In this document: positions 34,134 through 35,518 of the stretch, piece after piece
Numbering within the stretch: position 1 is the stretch's first letter
Layout of the letters: every line of letters starts with the position of its first letter
Assembly (NCBI GenBank): GCA_000934665.2
Contig: KZ538223.1
Coordinates: 62,001-97,518, forward strand
DNA from: Catajapyx aquilonaris
Taxonomy: Eukaryota
Direction: 5' to 3'
Length of the DNA: 35,518 nt
Position numbers and translations under genes: made by a program
Notes under the pieces: model-generated
Told to the model about the DNA's origin: nothing
What the model saw: the letters and a program-made list of their open reading frames with translations, nothing else
Databases searched by the model: none

Positions 34134-35518
34134 TTACTTTGGGTGCAGCCAAACAATTATTTTGCTTTTCGCACACTTTCGAGCGACCAATTCGACTAAC
34201 CATACGATTATGGAGAGAACGACACCAAGGATCCACACATAGAGGATAGGTGACACTTTGTACATTGTCAAGACCCGGCCATCCTCCAGGGCAGACCCGT
34301 CTTCAAAGGCTAACTTGCGAGCTGTCATGTACGAACGAAGGAAGTTCCTGTAGTTGTAGGTCTCTTCCCTGCGATTAATGAGTCCTGCTTCGAATAAACC
34401 AACCGTTCCTCTCATCATCTTTGGCAAGTCAACCACATCACGTGCAAAGGAGGGCCCGGTGTAATAAGGGAAGTATTGTTCTGGGACCCATACAACTTTC
34501 GGATCCCCCTTGTGGTCCAAGAAGTGGACGACTGTCCTGCGGTAATGGTAATCTGAGAGAACGCAAGCAAAGTCCTCCTGAATTGCTTTTTTAAAGCAAT
34601 TGAGATCATTCGACACAACCTCAAACTTCTCGTACATTTCGATCACAAATTTCAGGTTAGTTTTCTTTGCACCCCACCCAATGATAACGTAAAGCTGAAG
34701 GACTGTACCCAAAGCAAATTTGGAGGCGTGCACGTCCCTCCAATTGTTGGGAAGTATCTCGGTCTCTGGAACGGCCAGAAGAGCGAATATTCTTGCCTTG
34801 TACAGACAGCCTAGCACCAATGAAAAGACCAGCACGTAGGAATAAAACGCTCGTATCGAAGGGTACGTCGGCTGTGAAACTGCTTGCTCTAGCATCTCGC
34901 GAATTATTACTCGCATATTATGCAAGAGAGACTTGGTGGTCTTGGTTCGACCACTCAACCAGCGCCTAACGTGCATTTCGCTTCCGTCTAGCAGGTAAAG
35001 CACAGCAGACGACATGCACACGGTGACAAGCATAACTAGCCAGCTTGTACCTGTGTACGGTTGGGCAATGAGGTACCACTTTATGTCTGGTCTTGCGTGT
35101 CTTCGAAGGAACGACACATGGAAAAAGAAAAGGGGCATTGCTACTGCAGTAGCCCTGATAGAAACCTCAGAGTATATCTGGACCAGGGCTCCGTCAGCCC
35201 TACCGTAAACTACTGGTGCGACAAATCCGGTGTAACTGCCATTAGGATAATAATCGTCAAAAGTGAAATGTGGAACCGCAGTTTGAATTGTCACATTCCA
35301 CCTCTTTTCTATGTCGGATATTATGCGTTCAGGCACTGTCGGATTATAATCCGGATCCTTGATCCTCTCTCTGGCACCTACCATATCAATCTCTTCAAAG
35401 TGAACGACTGTGTAATTCATGCCCCATCTGTTCCTACCAGCCGGTATAGAAAAGAGATGGTCTCGTGCCAATAGCTTGTGGAGTGACTGAGGGATGGGTG
35501 GATTGACCCTGTGCACGG
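34134..35518 (-). CDS. Divergent ionotropic receptor, copy 3 (5' part outside the window)
   Basis: 460-codon open frame to the window edge, highly similar to copies 1 and 2, same C-terminus IVWLHPK; no disablement in the visible part. Confidence 0.88.
   Translation of the reverse strand, partial: VHRVNPPIPQSLHKLLARDHLFSIPAGRNRWGMNYTVVHFEEIDMVGARERIKDPDYNPTVPERIISDIEKRWNVTIQTAVPHFTFDDYYPNGSYTGFVAPVVYGRADGALVQIYSEVSIRATAVAMPLFFFHVSFLRRHARPDIKWYLIAQPYTGTSWLVMLVTVCMSSAVLYLLDGSEMHVRRWLSGRTKTTKSLLHNMRVIIREMLEQAVSQPTYPSIRAFYSYVLVFSLVLGCLYKARIFALLAVPETEILPNNWRDVHASKFALGTVLQLYVIIGWGAKKTNLKFVIEMYEKFEVVSNDLNCFKKAIQEDFACVLSDYHYRRTVVHFLDHKGDPKVVWVPEQYFPYYTGPSFARDVVDLPKMMRGTVGLFEAGLINRREETYNYRNFLRSYMTARKLAFEDGSALEDGRVLTMYKVSPILYVWILGVVLSIIVWLVELVARKCAKSKIIVWLHPK

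Overview
AT-rich eukaryotic (arthropod, probably insect) genomic DNA with spliceosomal introns and one assembly gap. No prokaryotic features or CRISPR array are visible. Two gene families lie on the minus strand. (1) A complete six-coding-exon membrane fatty acyl-CoA desaturase of the delta-9/first-desaturase type (7759-11397, 388 aa, three His boxes), with candidate non-coding first exons and promoters further upstream. (2) A recent tandem array of three divergent ionotropic receptors (IRs, variant iGluR chemoreceptors) on a ~3.6-kb duplication unit; the third copy runs off the window end. The rest is intergenic or intronic DNA with tRNA-derived SINEs, several MITEs (TA-TSD, piggyBac-like, hAT-like, long-TIR), a frameshifted Helitron/Helentron PIF1 helicase remnant, a ~520-bp near-perfect inverted repeat, and micro/minisatellites. 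The most notable observations: IR copy 1 has an exon-1 frameshift that a shifted splice acceptor would repair exactly; the IR paralogs are mosaic, with a GC-rich homogenised N-terminal block; a lipid desaturase sits next to an expanding chemoreceptor array; and there is a long hairpin that could yield small RNAs. I do not see firm evidence of a wholly new biological system.
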